From Synergistales bacterium (lineage in GTDB: Bacteria; Synergistota; Synergistia; Synergistales; JAFGMB01), in the NCBI GenBank assembly GCA_963666205.1, contig OY762654.1, positions 1,600,001 through 1,664,000 on the forward strand: DNA of 64,000 nucleotides, given 5' to 3'. The notes under the pieces were generated by a model. The model did not search any database. It was not told where the DNA came from and saw only the letters and a list, made by a program, of their open reading frames with translations. The position numbers and the translations under genes were made by a program. Positions within the stretch are counted from its first letter, which is position 1. Every line of letters begins with the position of its first letter. Below, piece after piece: positions 18,837-28,090 of this stretch.

Positions 18837-20183
18837 TCAGTTTTGGACGTTCATAGATGAAATGATCATGGTTTTCCTGTTTATCACATAAATGGTTGAA
18901 GGTATAACAGAAACAAGAGATATTAATGCCACATATGTAACTGAAAGGTCAAATCCTGAAAAGATCAGGCCTGTCAGGAGAATGAGATTGCCTCCTGTCT
19001 GGATAAGATTGAAAATAAAGCAGTAACTTACTCTTCCCATTCCGATAATAAAATAGTAAGAGGGAACCCCCATAAGGCTGAAGAATGTAGCACCAAGGAA
19101 CAGGCGGAAAACGGGGAGAAGGATAGAATTAAAGCTGCTCCCAAGCCACATCCTCAGAAGCTGCTCACATAAAATAAAAAGAGGAAGGTAGAGAAAAAAA
19201 CCTGCAAGAACAATGATGCGGTTAGCTCTTTCATTTATGTCTTTGAGATGCCTTAGTCCTTCGTTAGAATACAGGGTTGAAAATTTACTCACCTCTGGAA
19301 CAAACGCCCTGAATCCACTTTCCACAAGACTTCTTATCTGCATTGAGCCATTAAAGGCAATTTCATATACGGGTACAAAGCTCAGACCGATATAACGTGT
19401 AATTATGAGTTTGTTGAAGGGATTTACAATGATATTCAAAAGCATTGTTCCAAACATGCCGCTTCCGAAAGTCAATAATCTTTTAAAACAGGATAGATCC
19501 CTGAAATCCAGTATAAAAGGGGAAAAACCCGTTATACTCACAAAAATAAAGAGAGTCGCTCCGCATACAAGTAAATATGATAGAGAAGCTCCTGTAAAAA
19601 GGGCTTTTATGCCGAATCCCATGCGAAGGCCTATAACAGAGAAGCTCACCGTCAGGATCCTGTTTATTAACAACATATAGTTTGACAGATCCATTCTTCC
19701 CAGCCCCGAAATACCTGCATTAAGGCTTTCAACAAGCATGACAAAAATTGAAAGGATACCTGTGGGAACAAGGAAAATCGACACGATCCGGGAATTCTCT
19801 GAACTGAGGTTGAACAGGGAAACTATATATGAATTCCCAAAATGTACAACAAAGACAATAAAAAATCCAATCAATATGAGCAATATGCATGAATTGGTCA
19901 TATATATCCTTACCTTACGGATATCATCCCGTCCGAACTCTTCTGCCACAAGCTTTACAAGAGCAGGCTTTATCCCGAGATTACCTATCTGGGCAAGACT
20001 TAGAACAATGGTAAGGATCAACCATATACCATACTGCTCAAAGCCGAGAAATTTCAGATAGAGAGGATAGGAAAGTATCGAAACAACAATATTTACAGCC
20101 GTACAACCTACCCCTGAGAGAAAATTTCTTCCAAGCTGATCTGTATGAAATGCCTTTAATAAGACATTTGTAATTTTTTTCAT
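18837..20183 (-). CDS. Oligosaccharide flippase (Wzx/MATE-like)
   Basis: About 12 TM segments, LG.EQYGIW..GNLGI..ALVKLVAE pattern, polysaccharide locus context. Confidence 0.82.
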   Translation of the reverse strand: MKKITNVLLKAFHTDQLGRNFLSGVGCTAVNIVVSILSYPLYLKFLGFEQYGIWLILTIVLSLAQIGNLGIKPALVKLVAEEFGRDDIRKVRIYMTNSCILLILIGFFIVFVVHFGNSYIVSLFNLSSENSRIVSIFLVPTGILSIFVMLVESLNAGISGLGRMDLSNYMLLINRILTVSFSVIGLRMGFGIKALFTGASLSYLLVCGATLFIFVSITGFSPFILDFRDLSCFKRLLTFGSGMFGTMLLNIIVNPFNKLIITRYIGLSFVPVYEIAFNGSMQIRSLVESGFRAFVPEVSKFSTLYSNEGLRHLKDINERANRIIVLAGFFLYLPLFILCEQLLRMWLGSSFNSILLPVFRLFLGATFFSLMGVPSYYFIIGMGRVSYCFIFNLIQTGGNLILLTGLIFSGFDLSVTYVALISLVSVIPSTIYVINRKTMIISSMNVQN

Positions 20184-20245
20184 TTTGAACCAATGGATAT
20201 TTGAGAAAAAAACAAGCCTGAAATCTGAAGCATAACAGAACTCCT

Positions 20246-20995
20246 TTATGTCGAATATATATGTTGTCTGATCTTATGCTTGATAGAACGTGAAATCCTT
20301 TTCATGGGAGAAATATTGAGAGAAGTATTGGAAGTTCCCATAAATCCTTCAAGTTCAGGAACAACTGGCGGAAGAGACCACTTTCTATCCTGGGATAATC
20401 CAAGATGGACAGCCCTTGCCAGGACGTGTTCAAAGAAAACTCCTCCTGTATCATCAATTATTTCAGAAAGGGGAAACAGGTAATTAAGGAAAAAATATCT
20501 GGAACCTGTGAAGACCTGGCTGTCAGAATATCGAAGATTCTCTCTGAAGGTACATACTGCATCAAGATCAGGATTGTTTCTCAGGAAATCCGTAAGGAGG
20601 TACATATTTTTTACAAAATATCGTCCATTAACTTTTATTAAAAAGGGGTTCCCCCACTTATCCACTATCCCTGAACGGTCAAGGATATATTTTAAAGTCA
20701 TCATCTCTCCATATCCCTTACCCCGAGAACGGGGGAAGTCTTGCCCGTAAAAACTCAGAAATTCTGTTTCACATCTTCCTCCTACTGCCGCCATTTCTTC
20801 AAATTCTAAAAGATCGGCCCCCGAATTCTCACAGAATATTATCCCGTCAAGACCATCCGTTCTCAGCCATTTGGCCAGGGCCTGTTTGTAATCCTGATAT
20901 CTCTGTTCCTTATCGGTCCTTTTCATGAAAGAAATACCCGACGGATCCACAGTAGCTGTAAGGATAAGACATACTGCCTTTTTCTCGTCATTCAT
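20246..20995 (-). CDS. Hypothetical protein in polysaccharide locus, possible glycosyltransferase-like
   Basis: LTATVDP, RYQDY..AL..W, IFCENSG, GKGYGE, IKVNGRY, FFEH motifs; lies between the NDP-sugar genes and the flippase. Confidence 0.6.
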   Translation of the reverse strand: MNDEKKAVCLILTATVDPSGISFMKRTDKEQRYQDYKQALAKWLRTDGLDGIIFCENSGADLLEFEEMAAVGGRCETEFLSFYGQDFPRSRGKGYGEMMTLKYILDRSGIVDKWGNPFLIKVNGRYFVKNMYLLTDFLRNNPDLDAVCTFRENLRYSDSQVFTGSRYFFLNYLFPLSEIIDDTGGVFFEHVLARAVHLGLSQDRKWSLPPVVPELEGFMGTSNTSLNISPMKRISRSIKHKIRQHIYST

Positions 20996-21046
20996 TTTTG
21001 CTCCCCCCCCTTTTTAATGGTCCTGAAGATCCTTTCCCTATCGGGA

Positions 21047-21598
21047 TTACTCATTATAGATAAAAGGAGTTCTGAACTGTTCAAAAGAAATGAACTTCCC
21101 ATCCCTTTCCGATAGCACCGGATCAGGGTCGGGCCACTGCATATTTATGGAACTCCACAAAATTCCAGAATCGCTCCCGGGATGATGAACTGATGAGGCC
21201 CTGTACATTACAATGGCCTCATCAGTGAGGGTATAGAAACCATGGCCAACTCCGGGAGGGAGATAGAGCATTCCAGCCCTCTCAGGCTCTATCTCAACCG
21301 AAAACACCCTTCCGTAGGAAGGAGAACCCTTTCTGAGATCCACTATTACGTCCAGGATTTTTCCCATTGGACAGAACACCGTTTTAAAATGCTCATGGGG
21401 AGGTGTCTGGAAATGAATTCCCCTGAGAACCCTTTTCCGGGAAACGGAATAATACCCCTCAGCGATCCTGAAATCCAGACCTCTTTCTTTCAGAAGATCC
21501 CGGTTGAGATGTTTCACGAATCTTCCTCTCTCATCCCGGAAGATATCCGGAAAGATGATGTAAACCCCGGGGATCTCTGTGTTCCTTATATCCAGCAT
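21047..21598 (-). CDS. rfbC: NDP-4-keto-6-deoxyhexose 3,5-/5-epimerase (RmlC/AscE cupin)
   Basis: FRDERGRF, S..RVLRGIHFQ, VDLRKGSP, GHGF. Start ATG 21598 just after the rfbH stop. Confidence 0.85.
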   Translation of the reverse strand: MLDIRNTEIPGVYIIFPDIFRDERGRFVKHLNRDLLKERGLDFRIAEGYYSVSRKRVLRGIHFQTPPHEHFKTVFCPMGKILDVIVDLRKGSPSYGRVFSVEIEPERAGMLYLPPGVGHGFYTLTDEAIVMYRASSVHHPGSDSGILWSSINMQWPDPDPVLSERDGKFISFEQFRTPFIYNE

Positions 21599-21603
21599 CC
21601 CTG

Positions 21604-22911
21604 TCACCTTCTGAAATAGGAACGAACTGTATTTATCATGTGATCCAGCATCTCCCGGGTAAGTCCAGGATATACCCCTATCCACAAGAGGTTGTTCATT
21701 ACGTAATCAGTATTTGCAAGTTCCTGGGGAACACGATGGACCTGTCCCTTGAAGGCGGGCTGCTTGACCAGGTTCCCTCCGAAAAGAAGCCTGGTGCCTA
21801 TCCTGTTTTTCTCCAGATGATCCACCAGTGCATTTCTTGAAGAATAACTCCCCTCCCTTAACCCCATGGGAAAGCCAAACCAGGATGGTTCTGAGCGTCT
21901 TTCAGCATCTGTAAAAAGTAACACATCTTCCAGATCTGCAAGGCCCTCCCTCAGAAAAGAATAGTTCTCCCTCCTCTTCGTTATGAACATGGGGAGCTTC
22001 TTCATCTGGGAACATCCCACAGCCGCCTGCATATCAGTAACTTTAAGGTTATATCCCATGTGTGAATAGACGTATTTGTGATCATAGCCGAAGGGTAGAT
22101 CTCCATGCTGTTGAGCGAACCTCTTTCCACAAATATTTGACTGACCGGGTCGGCATCGGCAATCCCTCCCCCAGTCCCGGATGGAACGCACTATTTCGGC
22201 CATTTCAGGATCATCAGTGACCACTGCTCCACCCTCTCCCATTGTTATATGGTGGGCAGGATAAAAGCTGAAGGTGGAGAGATCACCGAAAGTCCCCACC
22301 TTCCTGGAATCATAAAGGGATCCCAGGGCATCACAGCAGTCCTCCACCAGCCATAGTCCGTTATCTCTGCAGAAGGAACATATCCTTTCCACATTGAAAG
22401 GATTACCCAGGGTATGGGCTAGCACAACTGCCCTGGTTCGAGGAGAAAGGGCCTTCTCCAGATTTTCAGGATCAACGTTACAGGAAGGAATAGAAACATC
22501 AACATACACCGGAACTAATCCATTCTGATAAATAGGGCTTACTGTGGTGGGAAACCCTGCCGCCACAGTTATCACCTCATCCCCTTCCTTAAGGGAACGA
22601 CTTCCCAGCCGGGGAGATCGAAGGGCGCTTATGGCTACGAGATTTGCGGAGGATCCCGAATTGACCAGAAGACAGCTTGATACACCTATATATTCTGCAA
22701 ATTGTTTCTCGAACCGCTCAGCATAGGGACCGCTTGTAAGCCAGAAATCCAGGGACGCTTCCACAAGAAGTGAAATATCCTCCTCATCAAAAACCCTTCC
22801 ACTCACTTGTACAGCGCTCTTTCCAGGTATGAAATCATCAGGAGGAAAGGAAGAGAAATAATACTGTTTTACCATTTCCAGTATCCTATTTCTGATATCC
22901 GTACAATCCAT
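21604..22911 (-). CDS. rfbH: CDP-4-keto-6-deoxyglucose 3-dehydrase (E1, DdhC/RfbH)
   Basis: VNSGSSANL, EDCCDALG, SFYPAHHITMGEGG (His in place of Lys), GRDCxC...C iron-sulfur motif, YDHKY. Confidence 0.92.
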   Translation of the reverse strand: MDCTDIRNRILEMVKQYYFSSFPPDDFIPGKSAVQVSGRVFDEEDISLLVEASLDFWLTSGPYAERFEKQFAEYIGVSSCLLVNSGSSANLVAISALRSPRLGSRSLKEGDEVITVAAGFPTTVSPIYQNGLVPVYVDVSIPSCNVDPENLEKALSPRTRAVVLAHTLGNPFNVERICSFCRDNGLWLVEDCCDALGSLYDSRKVGTFGDLSTFSFYPAHHITMGEGGAVVTDDPEMAEIVRSIRDWGRDCRCRPGQSNICGKRFAQQHGDLPFGYDHKYVYSHMGYNLKVTDMQAAVGCSQMKKLPMFITKRRENYSFLREGLADLEDVLLFTDAERRSEPSWFGFPMGLREGSYSSRNALVDHLEKNRIGTRLLFGGNLVKQPAFKGQVHRVPQELANTDYVMNNLLWIGVYPGLTREMLDHMINTVRSYFRR

Positions 22912-23983
22912 TGGCTCGCTCCATAAATTCGTTTACCTGCCCCAGACCGAACTGGTACATATCCCCACCTCTATAAAGGGTTTTAACCCAGTCTATGGTA
23001 TATTCAAAGGCATTTTCAATATCCAGAGATGATCGCCATCCCAGGATGGATCTGACTTTACTTGTATCCAGGGAAAGAAATGAAGTTTCATGGGGCTGGT
23101 CAGGAGACGAAACATCAACCCATGAACCGCTACCCCATTTCCGGATGATCAGCTCCACACATTCTTTCACCATCATAGGACGACCCTCTGTGGGACCGAA
23201 GTTCCAGGCTCCGTTGAGCACTCCCTTGCTCTTGAACATCTTTGAAGCCAAGAGAAGGTAGCCTCCCAGAGGATCAAGCACATGCTGCCATGGCCTCACA
23301 GCTTGAGGGTGCCTTATACTTATGGATCTTCCCTCCAGGAGAGATCCCATACAGTCCGGAATCAGCCTGTATTTCGACCAGTCCCCGCCACCTATTACAT
23401 TTCCCGCTCTCACTGTAGCTACAGAAGGCCTGATACAACCTTTCCGAGGATCGAAAAAGGAGGCTATGTAGCTTTCCACTATCTTTTCGACACAGGCTTT
23501 ACTTGAACTGTAAGGGTCCTCCCCTCCAAGAATATCGTTCTCCCTGTATCCCCAATCCCACTCCATGTTCCTGTAACACTTATCACTGGTTATAATGAGG
23601 ACAACTTCAACAGAAGATGTCTTACGAACGGATTCGAGAAGATTGACTGTACCCATAATATTGGTCTCAAAGGTCTCTCTCGGATCCTCATAAGATGGGA
23701 TGACAAGAGCCTGAGCAGCCAGATGGAATATGAATGTGGGCAAGTAGGACAGAATAACCTCTTTCAATCGGGAAGAATCTCTAACATCACCTCTTATATC
23801 AACCATCCGGGCAGACAATCCGGAAACAGCAAAGTTATCCTTCTCTGTGGAAACATGATCGGAATAGCCAACCACTTCTGCACCAAGGGAAAGAAGCCAC
23901 ATGGAAAGCCAGGATCCTTTGAATCCCGTATGACCTGTTACCAGAACACGTTTCCCCCTGAAAATATCTTCAAAAGACTCCAT
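22886..23983 (-). CDS. rfbG: CDP-glucose 4,6-dehydratase
   Basis: VTGHTGFKGSWL, TSDKCY, DPYSSSK, RAGNVIGGGDW, RPWQHVL. Start ATG 23983. Confidence 0.95.
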   Translation of the reverse strand: MESFEDIFRGKRVLVTGHTGFKGSWLSMWLLSLGAEVVGYSDHVSTEKDNFAVSGLSARMVDIRGDVRDSSRLKEVILSYLPTFIFHLAAQALVIPSYEDPRETFETNIMGTVNLLESVRKTSSVEVVLIITSDKCYRNMEWDWGYRENDILGGEDPYSSSKACVEKIVESYIASFFDPRKGCIRPSVATVRAGNVIGGGDWSKYRLIPDCMGSLLEGRSISIRHPQAVRPWQHVLDPLGGYLLLASKMFKSKGVLNGAWNFGPTEGRPMMVKECVELIIRKWGSGSWVDVSSPDQPHETSFLSLDTSKVRSILGWRSSLDIENAFEYTIDWVKTLYRGGDMYQFGLGQVNEFMERANGLYGYQK

Positions 23984-23984
23984 G

Positions 23985-24758
23985 CTACCAGACCTTCCAG
24001 AAAGCATTTCCACTGTTCCATAGCTCATTCAGGTAGTTAACGTCCCTTTCATGATCCATACAGGCCCACTGACCTCCATGACGGTAAACCGCGATTTCTC
24101 CTTTTCCTGCAAGCTCCTGAAGGGGACCTCGCTCAAAATCGCAGTTTTCATCCTCTGTGAGATAATTCATAAGTTCCATGTTGAAAACCATAAACCCTCC
24201 ATTTATAAACCCCTGGGAAGTCTGGGGTTTCTCCTCAAAACAGCATACCCTGTTCTCTTCTATCACAAGCTCACCGAACCTTGAGGGAGGATGAACTCCG
24301 GTAAGGGTAAGAATTTTTCCCTGATCCTTATGAAACCTGATTAGATCATCAATAGGAATATTACCCACTCCATCACCATATGTAAGAAGGTTGATACCGG
24401 GATCAAGAAAGGGTTCCACCTTTTTGAGCCTTCCTCCCTTAAGGGTATTGAGTCCCGTGTTGATAAGGGTGACCTCCCAGTTATTCTCTTCATGACCATT
24501 GATAAAATCCACAGAATCATTTTTCAGATCTATGGTGAAATCGTTGTTACAGCTCCTGTAATGAAGAAAATAATTCTTTATGACCTCCCCCTTGTATCCA
24601 AGACATATGATGAATTTTGTTATTCCAAAGAAGGAGTAGATCTTCATGATATGCCAAAGGATAGGTTTCTCACCAATGCAGACCATTGGCTTTGGGATTA
24701 CACTTGTTCTCTGCCCGAGTCGGGTTCCGAAGCCACCTGCCAGAATTATTACCTTCAT
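23985..24758 (-). CDS. rfbF: Glucose-1-phosphate cytidylyltransferase
   Basis: ILAGGFGTRL..PKPMV, TYGDG, INGGFMV, W.CMD. Start ATG 24758. Confidence 0.95.
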   Translation of the reverse strand: MKVIILAGGFGTRLGQRTSVIPKPMVCIGEKPILWHIMKIYSFFGITKFIICLGYKGEVIKNYFLHYRSCNNDFTIDLKNDSVDFINGHEENNWEVTLINTGLNTLKGGRLKKVEPFLDPGINLLTYGDGVGNIPIDDLIRFHKDQGKILTLTGVHPPSRFGELVIEENRVCCFEEKPQTSQGFINGGFMVFNMELMNYLTEDENCDFERGPLQELAGKGEIAVYRHGGQWACMDHERDVNYLNELWNSGNAFWKVW

Positions 24759-25006
24759 GGATAGCCCCTTTCGCAAAAAAGCAAATTGACACGGATAAGA
24801 TCCTCTTTTCACTTTTTTGCTACATAAAAGGTATTCCAGGAAAAGACTTATTAAGGAGGATGGTTCGTATATGGTTGGTCTTAAAAGTGGATATGGAAGG
24901 AGAAAAGCACTATATGTCTATGTAATGTATTATAATAATAAAAAGATGATATTTCAACTTAATAGATAATGTGCCAGTATCCGGATATCCGCAAGGAGAA
25001 GAGATC

Positions 25007-25411
25007 ATGAAAAAAAGCAGGCTGTTATTTGGTTTCCTGTGGTTGATGGCTCTCATACTAATCGTATTGGTTTCGATCATAAAGGGTTTCAGAGAAATTC
25101 ATTTTTTATGCTTACTGGAAAACTGGATACCCTTTGCTGACAAGGCAGCACATCTTGTTACATATATGTTTATGGCTTTTACTGTTACACTTTTTTTCAA
25201 GGGTAGCATATTAATGATATATTCAGTACTGGGCCTATGCCTCCTGGGAATAGTTCTGGAGATAATCCAGTTGCACGTGGCAGGAAGAACCTTTTCCTTT
25301 CTGGACTTAGCAGCAAACATAATTGGAGTTATTATCGGGTTTTCCATGGCATGGCTTGTTATGTCTCTTTTTCAGGGAAAAACTTCCTCCGGAATGAAAA
25401 AGGGCTGTTAA
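25007..25411 (+). CDS. VanZ-family membrane protein
   Basis: DK.AH...Y, EIIQL.V.GRTFS..DL.AN..G motifs. Confidence 0.85.
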   Translation: MKKSRLLFGFLWLMALILIVLVSIIKGFREIHFLCLLENWIPFADKAAHLVTYMFMAFTVTLFFKGSILMIYSVLGLCLLGIVLEIIQLHVAGRTFSFLDLAANIIGVIIGFSMAWLVMSLFQGKTSSGMKKGC

Positions 25412-25454
25412 TTCCGGAGGAATCAGATTCTGTTAAGGATCTTCTTCAGACGGC

Positions 25455-26984
25455 TCAAGAATCCTTCGTAATTATCTCCAAAGCCAGATCCATATCAACC
25501 TCTTCCCGCTTACCATCACCAAGCCACAGTTCGACCTTGCCCTCGGAAGCACCCCTTCCAACGACTATGGTAAAGGGCAGGTCCAGGATCTCTGCATCGG
25601 CAAACTTTACCCCACCCCGCATTTCCCTGTCATCCACCAGAACAGAAAGACCATTCTTCTCAAGGTCTTTCTCTATTTTTTGAGCCAGCTCTACTGCCTC
25701 GGCATTTTTCATGGACGGGATGGTTACAAGGGCATGGAAAGGAACTATTGAATCTGGCAGGGAGGTTTCCACTCTGAAGATTGCAGTCAGAAGGGATTCA
25801 GTCTGGACTGTCCCCTTCCAGAATGCCACCGGTGCTGGTTCATTGGACCCGTCCAGATAGGTGAGATCCTCTATCCTGCTCTTTGGACCAACCTTGAGAT
25901 AAAGGTCACAAAACTTTGTGAAATAGGTATCCTTCAATTCCCTTCCGCATTTGGGACATTTGTCTCCTGACTCAAGACTTGAAAGGTCTGCCATGGAATG
26001 GACACGAAAATCCCTTCCCCAGCAGGCACCTCTAAGATGAAAATCCTTTTTGTTTGCCCCGATAATTACATCTGAAGCTCCTTCAACACTTTTATCTGCA
26101 ACTATCAGTATATTTTCCGGCAGGCCTGCCGGGCCAAGAAAACCTTCCACATTCCCTATAGAATCAGCTATTTCCCGTGAAGTGGCAGGTCTGATATCTG
26201 GAACTCCAAGATGGGCAGCAAGTTTCGTTTCATTTACATTCCTGTCACCCCTGACAAGAACCGCAATAATTGAGCCTTCGTCAGGAGACGGGACAAATAG
26301 CATGGTCTTGACACACTTAAAGGGCTGTATATCCATAAAGCTGCAGAGATCTGCTATGGTCTTTATTCCCGGAGTGTGAACTTCTTTCATCTCCCCCGGA
26401 GAAGGGTTGGGATATTCAGTAAAAGGAATAAAGGATTCCGCCGTACCGCGCCAGCTGCAGTTGCTGTCCGAACAGGCAAGGCCCTTCTCTGAACGGTAAT
26501 AACCTTTGTCGGATCTTACTCCAAGGACATACCTCTGCCCACTTACGGAAACATCTTTCCACGAAAAAAGTTGTATCCCGAGACCTGTAACGAGAATCTC
26601 CATTTTTTCCCAGAAATTCTTTAATTCTTCCTCGGCAGTATAGAAGTCATGGGAATAACCTGCCAGCAATATTTCACTGTTTTTCTCTTCAAAAAGGATA
26701 AAAGGAAGATGACGGTAACTCTGGATAACTCCCCTTGCTATTGAAAGACCTCCATCATAAGCAAGGGAGGAACTGACTGGTTGAAATGACATGTTCATAA
26801 GTTTTTCCCTTAAAAAATCATGAAGTCTGCCCCTTATCATCACTCCCATCGGCAGGAGAGAAAGCCGGTTGCCATCACTTGAGAAAGAAGCATATCCCCT
26901 TCGAATCATGGACGTAAGGCCTGGATCTGTAACATGGGCAGGATTTTCCTTCATGGTAGGAAGAAGGAGAGAAGATATTTTCAT
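25455..26984 (-). CDS. Prolyl-tRNA-synthetase-like protein with degenerate aminoacylation core; INS/YbaK editing and anticodon-binding domains intact
   Basis: ProRS-like N-terminus (LLPTMKENP), INS domain (HTPGIKTI, VKT, LVRGD..VNE.KL, GFLGP, GAN..DFH), C-terminal VDDR..GVKFADAE. No PTHEE loop, motif 2 or motif 3. Confidence 0.8.
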   Translation of the reverse strand: MKISSLLLPTMKENPAHVTDPGLTSMIRRGYASFSSDGNRLSLLPMGVMIRGRLHDFLREKLMNMSFQPVSSSLAYDGGLSIARGVIQSYRHLPFILFEEKNSEILLAGYSHDFYTAEEELKNFWEKMEILVTGLGIQLFSWKDVSVSGQRYVLGVRSDKGYYRSEKGLACSDSNCSWRGTAESFIPFTEYPNPSPGEMKEVHTPGIKTIADLCSFMDIQPFKCVKTMLFVPSPDEGSIIAVLVRGDRNVNETKLAAHLGVPDIRPATSREIADSIGNVEGFLGPAGLPENILIVADKSVEGASDVIIGANKKDFHLRGACWGRDFRVHSMADLSSLESGDKCPKCGRELKDTYFTKFCDLYLKVGPKSRIEDLTYLDGSNEPAPVAFWKGTVQTESLLTAIFRVETSLPDSIVPFHALVTIPSMKNAEAVELAQKIEKDLEKNGLSVLVDDREMRGGVKFADAEILDLPFTIVVGRGASEGKVELWLGDGKREEVDMDLALEIITKDS

Positions 26985-27203
26985 TTTGATCAACCTTTCA
27001 ATCTGGAATTACGCATAATAACGTGATTCAGAACAACTCAGACATAAACATTTTTATTATAGATCAGCGCAGAGAATAATCAGATCATATTTTAACTTAG
27101 TCAATAATGGTCAGTTATTACACACACTTTTTCGGTAGATTTACTTTAAATGTCATATAACAATCTCAAAAATTTCAGAATATATTTATGTTTCAGGGGT
27201 AAT

Positions 27204-27236
27204 AAAAAACAGGCCTATTTTCCAGGCCTGTTTTTT
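27204..27236. terminator. Intrinsic terminator (symmetric A/T tails) downstream of the usp gene
   Basis: AAAAAACAGGCCT-N7-AGGCCTGTTTTTT. Confidence 0.75.
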
Positions 27237-27369
27237 GTAAATCGGACAATAATTATTATGGAATCAGGATATTCTGATGTCTATGTGTTTCCGGACCTCA
27301 TATTCCCGGTCATTTTCTGAAGATTTAATGGCTTAAAATCCAAAATCAAGATTCAAAAATCCCCAATTG

Positions 27370-27831
27370 TTACAGTGGCATTTCCCCCGGCCTGTAAATA
27401 AGGACCGAACAGGAGGCATATCTGGCTATATTGGTAGTAGTGCTTCCTACGAACATCTGCTTTATGGGACTGTCGTCACGGTATCCTGCAATGATGAGGG
27501 AATATTTACCTTCTTTAGACTTTTTGATAACCTCATCGGCCGGGTTGCCCTCTTCAATAAAAAGCTGATGCTCATGTTCAGGTGCACCGGGATATTTTGT
27601 TTCGGCATCTTCAAGCCATTTCTTGACTGTAAATTTATAGGCTTTTATCGCATCCTTGAGCACATCTTCGGGGATCCAGTTTTTATATCCCTTCCAGGGT
27701 GTTGAGGGGTGCTCAAGAACATGAATAAAATCGAGTTGAAGATCCATTTCATGTGCTATCTTGTGGCTATAGGCCACAAGATCCTTTGAGAGGTCACTAA
27801 CACCAATGGCTACAAGCACTTTTCCAGGCAT
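27370..27831 (-). CDS. Universal stress protein (UspA family)
   Basis: KVLVAI, IHV, GNPADEVI...LII.G...MFVGSTTTNIARYASCSVLI. Confidence 0.9.
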   Translation of the reverse strand: MPGKVLVAIGVSDLSKDLVAYSHKIAHEMDLQLDFIHVLEHPSTPWKGYKNWIPEDVLKDAIKAYKFTVKKWLEDAETKYPGAPEHEHQLFIEEGNPADEVIKKSKEGKYSLIIAGYRDDSPIKQMFVGSTTTNIARYASCSVLIYRPGEMPL

Positions 27832-28040
27832 TTATACTCCTCCTTAAATAAATTAATGAGAAAAATATTCCCGAACAAACTAAATCATTGATTAAATAGT
27901 ATACCAGTTCAGAAAGATTATTGTTATTGAGCGATCCCATTATGAAAAATTTCGATTGTCTGAAAGATCGGGACTTTTCACCATATTTTTCTACTGAAAA
28001 TTGTTATACAAGAATTTATTAATAAGATCTTTTCATGTAG

Positions 28041-28076
28041 TAATAAAGGGGGAGGCTATAGCCTCCCCCTTTATTA
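28041..28076. terminator. Perfect 36-bp palindrome, intrinsic terminator
   Basis: TAATAAAGGGGGAGGCTATAGCCTCCCCCTTTATTA, about 15 bp downstream of the 28091 stop. Confidence 0.75.
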
Positions 28077-28090
28077 TGTTTATAACACTA

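Noticed and set aside
26985-27360. T-box leader upstream of the ProRS-like gene
   Set aside because: No T-box consensus or antiterminator seen; the region is AT-rich with only the usp terminator.
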